Below the pieces are notes generated by a model that was not told the origin of the DNA, searched no databases, and worked only from the letters and a program-made list of their open reading frames with translations. Positions 21,692 to 32,510 of a stretch of 64,000 nucleotides of DNA are shown here, one piece after another (within the stretch, counting starts at the first letter, position 1; every line of letters starts with the position of its first letter). Origin of the DNA: Candidatus Bathyarchaeota archaeon (GTDB taxonomy: Archaea > Thermoproteota > Bathyarchaeia > Bathyarchaeales > Bathycorpusculaceae); assembly GCA_963717465.1 (NCBI GenBank), contig OY970340.1:544001-608000 (forward strand), given 5' to 3'. The translations under genes and the position numbers were made by a program.

Positions 21692-23199
21692 TTGAATAGT
21701 CCTTCAGGAGCACCCAAAGGTAAAGTTTCAAGTTTACTCTCAAAAGCAACCAGCGAAGAGAAAGAAAAAATTGAACACGAGTTACCGTTTGCTGTTATGA
21801 TTTTCACTTTAATGGCCGCAAGCGGCATCTCACCATACGATAGCTGGAAGAAATTGCGCAAACTATCATTCCTTCCAAACTTCAAAAAAGAAGCAGAGGA
21901 AATGATTAGACAAGTTGAAGTTTTAGGAAAAGACCCCTTGACAGTCATGCGCCAAAGAGCAGAAAAAACAAATTCAAAAATATACAGGAATTTTCTCGGA
22001 GGGTTTGCTTCATCAATTAGAAGCGGCGGAAAAACAGTGGATTACTTAAGAAGCGAGTTAAAAGAGATTTTTGAACTTAGACACGGAGAATTAACACGAT
22101 CGATTGAGAAAATAGCAACATTGGTTGAAGCCTACACTGTAATGTTAATCGTTGTACTATGCGTCTATATCTTATTTGTTGTCTTCTCAGCAACAGGCTC
22201 ATTAGACGTTTTAACCGGTTCCGCGATTTCTTTAACACCAGCAACATCTTACATTATAGCTTTTGTTCTTCTGCCTGTAATGTCTTTAATCTTCATTTTA
22301 GTTGCACATAACATGCAAAAAAGCGCTTTCAGCGATCTATCGGACCTTTACAAGAAAGCACTAATTATACTTGTGCCAGTTGGAATTGTGATAGCAGTCT
22401 TCGCCATGGTACCCGAGCTTGACAAATTCACTTGGACCGATTGGTTTACCAGAAATTGTTACAATCGGACTAGTTGTTGCTTCTGTGATCCCTGCAATAC
22501 AATATCATAAAATCTCAAAAATCAACTACAATGCAGAAGATGCAGTTCCACACTTCATACGAGAAGTAACCGAATCACATAAAATTGGATTGTCTCCTGA
22601 GAAAAGCATCATTCAAGCAACAAAACGCAAAGATTACGGACCGTTTTCCAGATACCTCGACTTAATGCGAAGCCAAATTGAATGGGGCATTCCATTGAAA
22701 AAAACATTAACTAACATCCGCAAGGAGATCAGAAGCTGGTTTGTAACATTAAACTTCGCAATGATGATTGAAACCATGGAAATCGGCGGAAATTCCACAG
22801 AGTCACTAGAAATACTCTCTGAATACAGTGAAAAAGAACGAGAAGTTCAAATTAACAGGCGAGCAACTTTAAAGCCATACATTCTTTTAGCAGTCATATG
22901 GAGCATTCTAATTGCTGTTACCACCAACATAGTTGCTTTAACCACAATGATGATGAATAACGTAGCAGGCATGGACGCAACCGACTTTGCATCTTCAGCA
23001 AATTTATTAGTGGAAAATCAAATGGAGTGTATTTTCAGTCGGAATAATTCTTCAATGCTGGATTTCAGGATTCTTTATTGGAAAAATTAGCGAAGGAAAC
23101 TTTGGGGCAGGCTTCAAGCATTCAGCTTTACTGGCGGCTGTAGCGTACATTTCATTGATAGTATCCAAGTATGTTCTGGCAGGAATGTTTGGATTGTAA
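21692..23199 (+). CDS. Type IV pilus platform protein (PilC/TadC, two T2SSF-like halves; frameshifted)
   Basis: ELPFA..MAASGISP, second half PHFIREVTESHKIGLSP, TM bundles; last fragment GFFIGKISEGNFGAGFKHS ends at TAA 23197-23199. Confidence 0.85.
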
Positions 23200-23221
23200 A
23201 AATAGTGTGGAGGAAAACAAA

Positions 23222-24265
23222 ATACCAGCAATTTCCATCGACACTTTCTTTGCCTGCACACTGATAATCATGGTTACATTAACAGCTACAGCCTTTTTAG
23301 TTGAAACTTTGCAAACAAATATTGCAAGTGCACAAGATTTAAACAAAGAAAGTTACTTGAAAAACATAGCAGACGCAATAGTCACAGGTTGCGGTTCACC
23401 TGTAGATTGGGGATCAAGCGACACATTGCCAAGCAGTTTCGGCTTAGCCAGCGCAAACGCTTCATATGCATACACGCTTGACCCTGATAAAATCAGCAGG
23501 TTAAACAATCAAAGCATTTATTCAATACATATGTTGACGCGTTCAAAGCTGCTAGATTAAACAACATTGCCTTAGGAATATCTGTTACACAAATGTTGCA
23601 GATATCGATTTCTTGTTCAGGCAATACAACAGTTGGAGACCAATACAACATACGATTTTGAGGTTTTCGTAAGTCAAAACTCAGCCGCTGTAGCTACAAA
23701 CTTACATGCTTATGTTGTTGCCAATAATTTTTTAGGCGAAGTTTACAGTGAAACATCAAATTCTGGCATCGGAAACTTTAGTATCCAAATTCCTAATTCT
23801 TCAAATGGAACAGCTCTCTTAGTAGTGTTTGCCCAAGCTAAATCTGATGATAGGTTAACTGCTTACGAAACATTTTCTTTTACGCATTTAACAGGAGAAT
23901 TATTACCTAACCATACATTCATGGATTTAAGCCCGCTTAATAACACATTAACGTTAACACCTAACTATACCAATATGAACATAAGTGAAGCCTACGCTTT
24001 CTCCTACACTTACCAGTCAAACTTGACCAGCACTTCAGAAAATACATATGCTATCCCGAATTTTTTAGATAACAGCCCCATCGTTTTCGTAGTTTCTGGA
24101 ACAAATGAAACCACATATTTTACGGAGTGGACAGCGTACCCATGTGTTCCACTTAGTTTCGGAGCAAACTTTGCAAATTCTGAGGAAAACGTGTTTACAT
24201 ATATAGTTACCATCAATGGTGCATTTTACAAGTTGACACTTACCTTTGGAGATGTAGTCAATTGA
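23222..24265 (+). CDS. Pilus-associated secreted or membrane-anchored protein (frameshift near 23530; probable ATA start)
   Basis: PAISIDTFFACTLIIMV TM segment, GSPVDWG...FGLA...LDPDKI motif; continues into ORF 23633-24265. Confidence 0.6.
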
Positions 24266-24695
24266 GGCGGCTACTGAAGAAACAACAGAGGGCAAATCCG
24301 AATTATCGAAGCGTTTTTCGCTTCAGTACTAATTTTTTCTTCGCTCGCGTTAATCCCCAGTTTTCAGAGCAACAATTCAAATAATTCTCTATGATGCCCT
24401 TTCAACCACTGCGAATAATACTCTTCTAAGCTTAGACAGCAATGGTCACTTAGCTAGTTTAGTGGATAACGGAAGCTGGAGTGAGCTTAAAGATTGCTTT
24501 CAATCAGCACTTTCTCCAGGAATCTGGTTTAATGTCACAGTCTTCGATGAAAACATGAACCCACTCAACAATATTCCGATAACAAGTGGAAGCGCAGTAA
24601 ACGACAAAATAGTAGCAGTAGATTACGTTTGCCCAAGTACAAGTAGCAATTATACAATTTACATAATTAGATTACAACTAGCAACGGTGTCATAG
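24262..24695 (+). CDS. Minor pilin-like protein (frameshifted; N-terminus missing from the ORF track)
   Basis: TTG at 24262, basic leader then RGQ/IRIIEAFFASVLIFSSLAL; continues to LLSLDSNG and ORF 24462-24695. Confidence 0.65.
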
Positions 24696-24696
24696 C

Positions 24697-25470
24697 ATGC
24701 AAAGACGCAATCGACGCAACTCAGGCCAAGTACTAATCATAGTCTCATTAACAGTAACATTGCTTTTACTTTCCACAGCACTTTTTGTAGCTGAATCCTT
24801 AAGAAGCGAACTTGTAAATCAGCCAAGTTCAACTCAAACATTTTCTTTTTATGAACAAGGATTAAGAAATACGATGATAAGCGCTTTAGCGAATGTTTCC
24901 TTAGCGAATGTTTCGAATAGTGGAGACACAGGGGTTCTCTTAGAAGACTTGGACCAGTTTGGAGCAGTAGCAGCTAATTACTCGTATAATTCAATCTTAC
25001 AAATAACAGCTACACCGCTCAATGCAACACCTTACCAAGACGGCATATGGATAAATTGGAGTTCAAACGGAGAAGGAGTCACAAGCGCCTGCGTGAATTA
25101 TAGCCTGGACTCGTATGATACTGCATCAACATACCATTCAGAAGGCTCAATTAATATAACGACGGAAATCGACGTCAGCGGATACTATGCTTTGGAAGCT
25201 GGCTCAACTAAACAGGTCAATTTAACATGCAACGTTAACAATGAAGGAAAACCTGCACTCGCCAACAATTTCACTATTTATTATCAAAAGCTTAGTGGGC
25301 GTTGGGTACAAGTTTCTTCACCAAACAACATAGTCGATTACGGGAACGGCACGTATACAATGTCTTTTACGATTTCAACTTATAATCCATCAGCAGTAAT
25401 ATCAGTAAATTGCTATGATTTAAGAGGAATATTCGTTCAAGCTAACATGACATGCACCGAAGTTACTTAA
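24697..25470 (+). CDS. Minor pilin-like protein
   Basis: RRNRRNSG/QVLIIVSLTVTLLLL class III signal; beta-rich body with DYGNGTY. Confidence 0.72.
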   Translation: MQRRNRRNSGQVLIIVSLTVTLLLLSTALFVAESLRSELVNQPSSTQTFSFYEQGLRNTMISALANVSLANVSNSGDTGVLLEDLDQFGAVAANYSYNSILQITATPLNATPYQDGIWINWSSNGEGVTSACVNYSLDSYDTASTYHSEGSINITTEIDVSGYYALEAGSTKQVNLTCNVNNEGKPALANNFTIYYQKLSGRWVQVSSPNNIVDYGNGTYTMSFTISTYNPSAVISVNCYDLRGIFVQANMTCTEVT

Positions 25471-25998
25471 TTTTAATTGAAAACATAAAAAAAAAAATGA
25501 AAGATACTAACTACTACCGAGGCTGTATTTGGAATCAGGATTAATAATTTTGAGAAGCAATCCTTGAATCATAACAATTAAGCACTTGATAACTAGTTTC
25601 TTATCAGAAATAAGAAGTAATAAGAACCCCATGTGTTAAACGCCAGTTAGGATACATGAGAGTTTTTTGATGCAAACCAAACACACCTGAAAAATACTTT
25701 GCGGTTTCGCTGTTTCTATGCTATTAGAAAGATGTTAATGCACCAAAGATCACATCTTTAAGTTGAGAAAGAAAGTGAACGGAAGCAAAACGACAGTAGA
25801 TTTGCGCCATGAACAGCTTATTGCCATGAAAAAATGCTTAACCGATCTTAGAAGATAAGGCAGTTAGAGTGTTAAGAAAAACAAATATCAGGATCAGATT
25901 TCCAGACAATTGCAGTTTTGTAATTCCTGATTGTGTAAGTTTTGGTTTAATCAAAAAAAGACAGAGTTATTGTTGACTGCGCTTTTGAAGAATTATGT

Positions 25999-26961
25999 TT
26001 ACTGGATTGCTTTTTGTAGGTAGACATTGTTTTCAATATTTCCTGTTTCAACGAGTTTTGAAAATAGCATTTGTAGAGTCCATACGAAAGCGTTGTAATT
26101 TGTCCAAATAGCAGATGTCTTATCTTTTTTCTTGTCGCCTGTTTCGGAGGAGGAGTCATTTTCGTGAAATGCAATTAACAATTCTTTTCTATCTGAAATC
26201 ATGAAGCAAGGCAAATTTTGAGTTTTTACGGTTAGATTTTTTTGACCAGACCACTTCATTTGATCAGTAAAGTAATTGCTTTTCTGAGAGTTTTCAGTTA
26301 ACAGAGTAATGTTTAGTTTACCTGCTTTCTTTTTCAGTTTGTCAGTGAAGTCGCTGTAATATAGTTGCGACAAATAATCATCCGGAGCGAAAATTTGGAA
26401 TTCGCTTTGTGTCTTATCAAGTAATTCTTCAGCTTTCAAGATTACTTGCTCGCCCTGTAACATTTGGAAAAGTTCTTTCTTTGTATTTTCGACATTTTGT
26501 TGAGGGATTGATAGCCAAAGTTCTACCAGGTTTGCTTTCTCTTTTTCCAGAAGCTTAATTTTCATTTTTTGCGCGTCTACAAGTAAATCTATAGCTTTGT
26601 CCAAGGGAACAGCCGTGAATTTCAGTGGTTTTTCAAAAACTGAGAAAAGTATTCCTTTCTTTTCTAAGTCTCGAAGGATACGGTAGGTTTCGGTTCTGTG
26701 AAGAGAAATTGCTTCTGCGATTTCACCGGCTTTCTTTTCGCCAGCTCTAGCGAGGTAAAGGTATACTTTTATCTCGTTTTTGAGAAGCCCAAATCTTGAT
26801 AGTGTTTCTTCTATTGTTAATAGTTGCTTGGTGAAGCCTTTATCTCTTTTTACGTATTTCCACGTTTCTTTCTTGTCATCGTGGATTTTTATAAGGTCGT
26901 CGGCTTTTTCTATTGCTAATTCCATGTATTTCACTTCTGCTTCCAAATCAGAATTAGTCAT
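25999..26961 (-). CDS. TrmB-family transcriptional regulator
   Basis: FGLLKNEIKVYLYL...AGEIAEAISLHRTETYRILRDLEKKG wHTH, coiled coil, C-terminal effector-like domain (MISDRKELL, AIWTN). Start set at ATG 26961; the track extends to 27051. Confidence 0.88.
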   Translation of the reverse strand: MTNSDLEAEVKYMELAIEKADDLIKIHDDKKETWKYVKRDKGFTKQLLTIEETLSRFGLLKNEIKVYLYLARAGEKKAGEIAEAISLHRTETYRILRDLEKKGILFSVFEKPLKFTAVPLDKAIDLLVDAQKMKIKLLEKEKANLVELWLSIPQQNVENTKKELFQMLQGEQVILKAEELLDKTQSEFQIFAPDDYLSQLYYSDFTDKLKKKAGKLNITLLTENSQKSNYFTDQMKWSGQKNLTVKTQNLPCFMISDRKELLIAFHENDSSSETGDKKKDKTSAIWTNYNAFVWTLQMLFSKLVETGNIENNVYLQKAIQ

Positions 26962-27089
26962 CAATGTTGAGTTTCTATATATTTTATAGTTGTGACTTAG
27001 AAATATGAATTCAAAATTCATGTTATACAAAACAAATTTTAAACAAAACAAATAGAAACATAAGAGACCGAAAACGAAAAATTGAAAAA

Positions 27090-28815
27090 TTAAGTCTCAA
27101 TTGCCTTAACTGAAGCATCAATATAAGACTTGGGCAAACCTGTTTGTAAGGTCCTTTTGCGTGTAAACTGAAGTATAAAGTCTAAAGAAATTACCCATAC
27201 GTTTAGTTTCAACACCTATACCGATAACTATAACGTTTTTCCTCAACAAATCATCGACACACTCCTTCAAGGCAATCGGCATGTTTGCATATCCATACGG
27301 CCAACCATCTGAAATAACGATTAAAACACGTTGCTCCTCAAACCGTTTAGCTAACATCTTCCCTGCCACTTGAATTGCATCTGGAATATAAGTAAGCCCA
27401 TCAAAATTTAATCCTCCAATTCTTGCCCGCACGGTTTTAGAATATGACTCAGTGCTGTCTTTTAAAATGTAAAATCTATCATTGAAAGCAAAAAAAGTCC
27501 ATGAAGTTGGGTCCGGCATCAACTCGCGTGCTGCTTCACCAACACTGATAGCCAGTGCACGCGCATATTCTCCTCTAACTTTCATGCTTGAACTTACATC
27601 AAAAACAATTGACCAAGCAAAACTCTGCTTTAGATATTCATCAAGCGAAAACACGTCTGTTGCAGGCTTATTGCTAGCCATGGCTTGAATCACAGCGCTC
27701 AAATCAAGCTGACCAATTTCCTTCCTTGGGTCTTCATCCAGAAGATTCAAAGGCTGTCCTTAATGCATCCAGCAATCTTCGGCTTGCTCCTGGCAACTAG
27801 ACTTCTTGCCCGGAGATATTGCGTAAAATCTTCAGTTGGAAATGAAACTGATTTAAAACGTGTCAAAGAAGTGACATATTGATTCATTTTAGCGGCTATT
27901 TTTTCTTGACGTTCTTTTAAGTGCTTATCAGATTCAAAAGCTTGAAAGGCTTCGGCTTCTTGTTCTGGTCTCCAAAGCTGCTCCATATTATCTATAGCAG
28001 GCACAGTACCGCCTAAGTGTTTCAAGAGATCCAATGAATGTGCCTTCAAAATCGTCACTAATTGCCAATTCCGAATCGGTGAAGATGCTGCATTTACCTA
28101 GACTTTCAGTATGGGGAAGAGATGGTGCTTCAAGAAAGGGACCAAAAGGTTCAAGTTTACTCGTGATGAATTTGACTTTTTCGTTAAACAATTCTTCAAG
28201 GTTTACTTGTTCTCCGGCTAAAGAAGATAAAATGGTGTCTTTTAATGGCGCTAAATCGCTAAAAATTAGGTCAACTTGTTGCTGTTCCTCTGGGGTAAGT
28301 GAACCTTTGATTAAGCCTACGTTAAGTTTTGTTAATAGGGCGGTCATAATTCTAGTTGAGGAAGCAAAGATTCGTTGAGCGGGTTTGATTTTTTGGAAGA
28401 ATATTGTGCTTGCATAAGCTAAGTCGTTAAACCTGTCTGGATACCATGCTTGCAGGTAAGTATTAACAAAGATATCACGAACAAACGACTTTGCAAAAGC
28501 TGTAATAATAGGGTCTGAATTGTCGGGAGCAATTTTTTCTTTAGGCAAAGATGTTAATGTATGAGTCGTTAAATGCAAAACGGTTGCTCGAAATATTCGG
28601 CATAATTGAGATTTACCCGCTTGATTTTGAGGAAAAATTTGTCCAAGAAAAGAGATTTTCCCATCAGTTTGAAAGTTGATGCTTGGCATCTTAATGGTGA
28701 AGCCATAATCGTCCATTTCAATAGTGGATTGGTTTATGGTGGAATCTTGAAGTATTTTTACTTTTGCGTTATCTTTTTGCAAGGAAACTGCCCAAGCATA
28801 ATCAGTAAACCCCAT
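27090..28815 (-). CDS. vWA-domain protein, NorD/CbbO-like (three to four frameshifts)
   Basis: Fragments 27988-28815, 27747-28058 and 27118-27750. MIDAS DVSSSM, T in GLTYIP, ISDGWP; probable true end ...DASVKAIET* at 27090. Confidence 0.82.
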
Positions 28816-28837
28816 AAAATCTACCTTAAATTCAAAG

Positions 28838-29863
28838 CTACTGCTGTTTCGTGAAGACTGCTTCTAAGATTCTGCGAACATCTGATTGAACTTCTGGACT
28901 ATCACTTGTTAAGCCAATTATCGTTTCATCAGCCGCAACTATCGGTGAATTTCCATCATGAACTAAAGTTCCCCAGTTGATCAGGTCGCCTAAAGATGGA
29001 CCGTAAGGTAAATCTCCAGCTTTGTACTGCCTGCGTAATTCGGCCCCAGCTTGTATAATCTTGAAAGCTGTGTCTTGGTCAACTTTGGTTCTTTTCTGAA
29101 GCATTTCAACTTCATGCGGTGAAATCTTATCGCCAACGCTTAAGAAATCAAAGTTAATCCAAACGGCCATTCGTCTTCTCATGGCAGCGTTTAGCGGTTT
29201 TGTTCCTGAGAATTCGGCTGTGGCAGGGTTCATGCTGATTATCATGTAACCGTATTTATGGCGTTCAATTACTTCACTATCTTTTTCGTTGAGGACTAGG
29301 TGGCCTCTTGTGTCAAGAACTGGGTTAAGCCTTGTTGCTACATCTTGCTTCATCATGTTTGCTTCGTCAAGGTACATTATGCCGCCTTTTCTAAGCCATT
29401 GTGTTAATAATCCATCAACCCAGTTTTCTTTTCCTAATCCAATGAATCTGCCGATTAAGTCAAATGAGGATGTTGATAAGCCACAGTTTACCTCCCATAT
29501 GGGTAAACCCGTAAGTTCTGCAACTAGGTAGACTATGTGTGTTTTTCCTGTTCCTGATGGGCCTATTAGCGAGCACTGCTTGAAGTAGTATAGGGCTCTA
29601 ACGATTCTTTCTACGTAGTTAAGCCCATGGTCTAGATATTCTGGAGTGTTCTTTGGGATCATATCGTCTAAATGAGCAAAACTAAAGTTTGGGTGCAAGT
29701 CATACCTTTGAATGTTATATCTGTCGTATAGGGGTGACTTGGACATTGGCCGTTCTTTGTCTAGGGACACGATTACCTTGAATTTCTCTTGTTTTAGTGT
29801 TGAGTATTCTTGGATTCTGCTGGCTTCTTGTTTGTCTCGTAAGCCTTGGTGGCCGTATACCAT
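28838..29863 (-). CDS. MoxR-class AAA+ ATPase (CbbQ/NirQ/NorQ-like)
   Basis: GPSGTGKT, WVDGLL, MYLDEAN, SMNP....GTKPLNAAMRRR; adjacent vWA partner. Confidence 0.9.
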   Translation of the reverse strand: MVYGHQGLRDKQEASRIQEYSTLKQEKFKVIVSLDKERPMSKSPLYDRYNIQRYDLHPNFSFAHLDDMIPKNTPEYLDHGLNYVERIVRALYYFKQCSLIGPSGTGKTHIVYLVAELTGLPIWEVNCGLSTSSFDLIGRFIGLGKENWVDGLLTQWLRKGGIMYLDEANMMKQDVATRLNPVLDTRGHLVLNEKDSEVIERHKYGYMIISMNPATAEFSGTKPLNAAMRRRMAVWINFDFLSVGDKISPHEVEMLQKRTKVDQDTAFKIIQAGAELRRQYKAGDLPYGPSLGDLINWGTLVHDGNSPIVAADETIIGLTSDSPEVQSDVRRILEAVFTKQQ

Positions 29864-30039
29864 TTAAATCGCTCTTATAAATTGTTGGTGGGCAGTGTCT
29901 AATATAAATATTATGTATTAAGACTTGATACTAAATATATTTGCACAGTTAACAGACACACAGTTTATAAACAACACACCAATGTGCGTAATTCAAGGTA
30001 CGTACAAGAGCTTTTCTTTAACAAAGGAAGTTAAACACT

Positions 30040-30591
30040 TTGTGGATAAAAATGACTCAACAGATGGATCAGCCTGCACAAACCGTAATAAACATTGAAC
30101 AACCAACATCAGTACCAAGCTCTAAAAAAGAGAATATTCCCCAAATATCTTTACCAGAACTCCTCGACGCCATGAAAAACATCGCAGATGATGTTGGACA
30201 AATAAACGAGCTAACTTCAGAAGAAAAATTACTAGTTGCAGAGTTTTTCAATTCGTTACTAAAATTCATGCAACCACTAGCCCCAGAAATCGCCATAAAC
30301 GTTTCAGTCCTCCCACCAGGAATGGGAAACGTAACAGCTGCACACCTAGATCCAACTGGCCATTTAATTCTCATATTTGCTGATGGGCATATTGAATTGA
30401 AAAACCTTGCTGTTGACAAAAACCGGGACCTGTTAATATTGATAATTCAAGATGTGGTTCCGAAGTTTAAGCAATTAACAAGCGCAGAGAAACGTAAGGT
30501 AGAGAGCAGAATCAAGTTTTTATCAGCCATTACAAAAGAAATGCAGAAAATTTCAAACACTCTTTCATCCGCTATTTCAAAGCGTGAATAA
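30040..30591 (+). CDS. Hypothetical protein (helical with small beta insert); probable start ATG 30052
   Basis: 183-aa ORF followed by a T-rich terminator-like tract; lies between the AAA gene and cheY. Confidence 0.7.
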   Translation: MWIKMTQQMDQPAQTVINIEQPTSVPSSKKENIPQISLPELLDAMKNIADDVGQINELTSEEKLLVAEFFNSLLKFMQPLAPEIAINVSVLPPGMGNVTAAHLDPTGHLILIFADGHIELKNLAVDKNRDLLILIIQDVVPKFKQLTSAEKRKVESRIKFLSAITKEMQKISNTLSSAISKRE

Positions 30592-30799
30592 ATTCGTTTG
30601 CTTTTCTCCTTTTTTGTTTTTTAATCCTTCTTGTTTTTTGTTATTATTCATTGTCTTAATGTTCATAATTTAAGCGGTTATTCCGCATTTTAGGTTGTTT
30701 GCTTTCTAAGTTATATTAAATCTTATGTGTTAATACACAATACTTTTATACGTAGACACGAGAATTAAAACAATAAAAACAACAATAGAGGAAAAAACA

Positions 30800-31168
30800 A
30801 TGGGAACAGTCCTCGTAGTAGACGACGCATCATTCATGAGAGCAGTGCTAAAAAAAATAATTCTACAATCAGGACACGAAGTAATTGCAGAAGCATCCAG
30901 TGGCGACGAAGCAATAACACAATTCCAACAGGCAAAACCAGACCTCGTATTGATGGACATAGTCATGCCGCCAGGACAAAAAGCAAAAGATGGAATCGAA
31001 GCAGTCAGACAAATAGTAACAACAAACCCAACGGCAAAAATAGTAATGTGCAGTTCAATGGGGCAACAAGCATTAATAGCAGAAGCTATCAAAGCAGGCG
31101 CTAAAGATTTTATCGTAAAACCATTCCAACCTCAGAAAGTAATGGAAGTACTATCGAAATATTGCTGA
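30800..31168 (+). CDS. cheY: Chemotaxis response regulator CheY
   Basis: VLVVDD, LMDIVMP, MCSSMGQ, FIVKPF; single receiver domain heading the che cluster. Confidence 0.93.
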   Translation: MGTVLVVDDASFMRAVLKKIILQSGHEVIAEASSGDEAITQFQQAKPDLVLMDIVMPPGQKAKDGIEAVRQIVTTNPTAKIVMCSSMGQQALIAEAIKAGAKDFIVKPFQPQKVMEVLSKYC

Positions 31169-31180
31169 GGCAAGAAAACA

Positions 31181-31816
31181 GTGTTAACCAGCCCTACTCC
31201 AAATTTCGCGACTTTAGCGGCGGTCAACCTCCACAGCAAGTTCGAAATTGGAACATTAAGAAAACAAGCAAAACTAAACGCTATCCAAACTGAAACCGTA
31301 TTTGCAAGCCCATCGATATCAATACGTGCAGGCGAAAAAGTGGAAGAAGTTCGAGTGGAAATGGCGGAGATGAAAGTAGATAGTAGGCCAATAGAATTGA
31401 TTACATCAGTTGGATCATGCATTGCCATTTGCATGTATGATACAAAAAATGGATGTGGGGGATTGGCTCATATCATGCTTCCAAACTCTGCGATTGCTCC
31501 ACACGAACATCTTCCATCAAAATTTGCAGATACAGCTGTGCCTGCTTTGCGAGAAGGCATTATAAAAATGAGCAAAAGAGAAGAACGTCTTTCAGCAAAG
31601 ATAGCCGGAGGAGCCAACATGTTTTCGAGTTTAAAGAACAACACTCTTGAGATTGGGTCAAAAAATATTAGCGCTGTTAAGGCAGCGTTGGACAGTAATA
31701 AAATCAGGCTGATGGGAGAGGATGTTGGAGGAAATCACGGGCGAAAAATATCTTTTAATATTGAAACAGGAGTTACAATTGTTCGACATTTCAACGGAGA
31801 GATAATTAAAATATGA
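31181..31816 (+). CDS. cheD: Chemoreceptor glutamine deamidase CheD (true start may be near 31340)
   Basis: VGSCIAI, GGLAHIMLP, KFADTA, KIAGGANMF, EDVGGNHGR. Confidence 0.92.
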   Translation: MLTSPTPNFATLAAVNLHSKFEIGTLRKQAKLNAIQTETVFASPSISIRAGEKVEEVRVEMAEMKVDSRPIELITSVGSCIAICMYDTKNGCGGLAHIMLPNSAIAPHEHLPSKFADTAVPALREGIIKMSKREERLSAKIAGGANMFSSLKNNTLEIGSKNISAVKAALDSNKIRLMGEDVGGNHGRKISFNIETGVTIVRHFNGEIIKI

Positions 31817-32487
31817 GCGAAAATGTAGAAAACATGATAGAAGGGATAGATGCTTCAGAACAAAACTTTGTGATTACGACGACTCAAATTGACCAAAAGG
31901 AGCTGGACATATTCAGAGAGATAGGAAGCATAGGTTCAGGACACGCAGCAACGTCGCTTTCAGAAGTTCTAATGCAGGATGTCCAAATGGATATACCCTC
32001 AGTGTGCGCCATTCCGCCTCATTTATTGAACAAATACTACAACAGGTACGATATCCCTACGACTGCAGTACTTATGGAACTTGCTAATGATTGGGGATGC
32101 GATATCCTTTTAATGCTTGAAAATGAAGAGGCAAAAAAAATCGCAATGATGATGGCTATGGTCCCGAAACCGGAAGATTTGGACCCCGCAATGGAAGAAT
32201 CCGCAATTCAAGAGCTCGCCAACATAATAATCGGGTCATTCTTAACAGCAATCTCTGACTTCAGCGGCGTACAACTCATTCCAACTCCACCGCAAAGAGT
32301 AGTTGACTCGTTTGATGCCATACTTGACAACTTCTTAGTAAAACAAGCAATGTTTGTGGACAAGGCATTAGTGTTTAACACATGCTTTAAACGTGCTGGA
32401 GAAGATGCAAAATCGATACTGATGATTTTTCCAAGTGAGAAGCTACAAAGACGTTTAATAGAGAAATCAAAGGAGTTGCTAGGTTAA
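31813..32487 (+). CDS. cheC: CheY-P phosphatase CheC
   Basis: EIGSIGSGHAATSLS and SAIQELANIIIGS repeats. Confidence 0.9.
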   Translation: MSENVENMIEGIDASEQNFVITTTQIDQKELDIFREIGSIGSGHAATSLSEVLMQDVQMDIPSVCAIPPHLLNKYYNRYDIPTTAVLMELANDWGCDILLMLENEEAKKIAMMMAMVPKPEDLDPAMEESAIQELANIIIGSFLTAISDFSGVQLIPTPPQRVVDSFDAILDNFLVKQAMFVDKALVFNTCFKRAGEDAKSILMIFPSEKLQRRLIEKSKELLG

Positions 32488-32510
32488 CCAATAATGGAAG
32501 ATGCAAGAAA

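Noticed and set aside
25471..25998. 530-nt gap as an ncRNA, small gene or mobile-element scar
   Set aside because: Only short broken frames; no repeats, tRNA-like fold or transposase similarity that I can support.
27090..29863. Nitric-oxide reductase (norQ/norD) or Rubisco activase (cbbQ/cbbO) assignment
   Set aside because: Family resemblance only; no nor or cbb client genes in the window.
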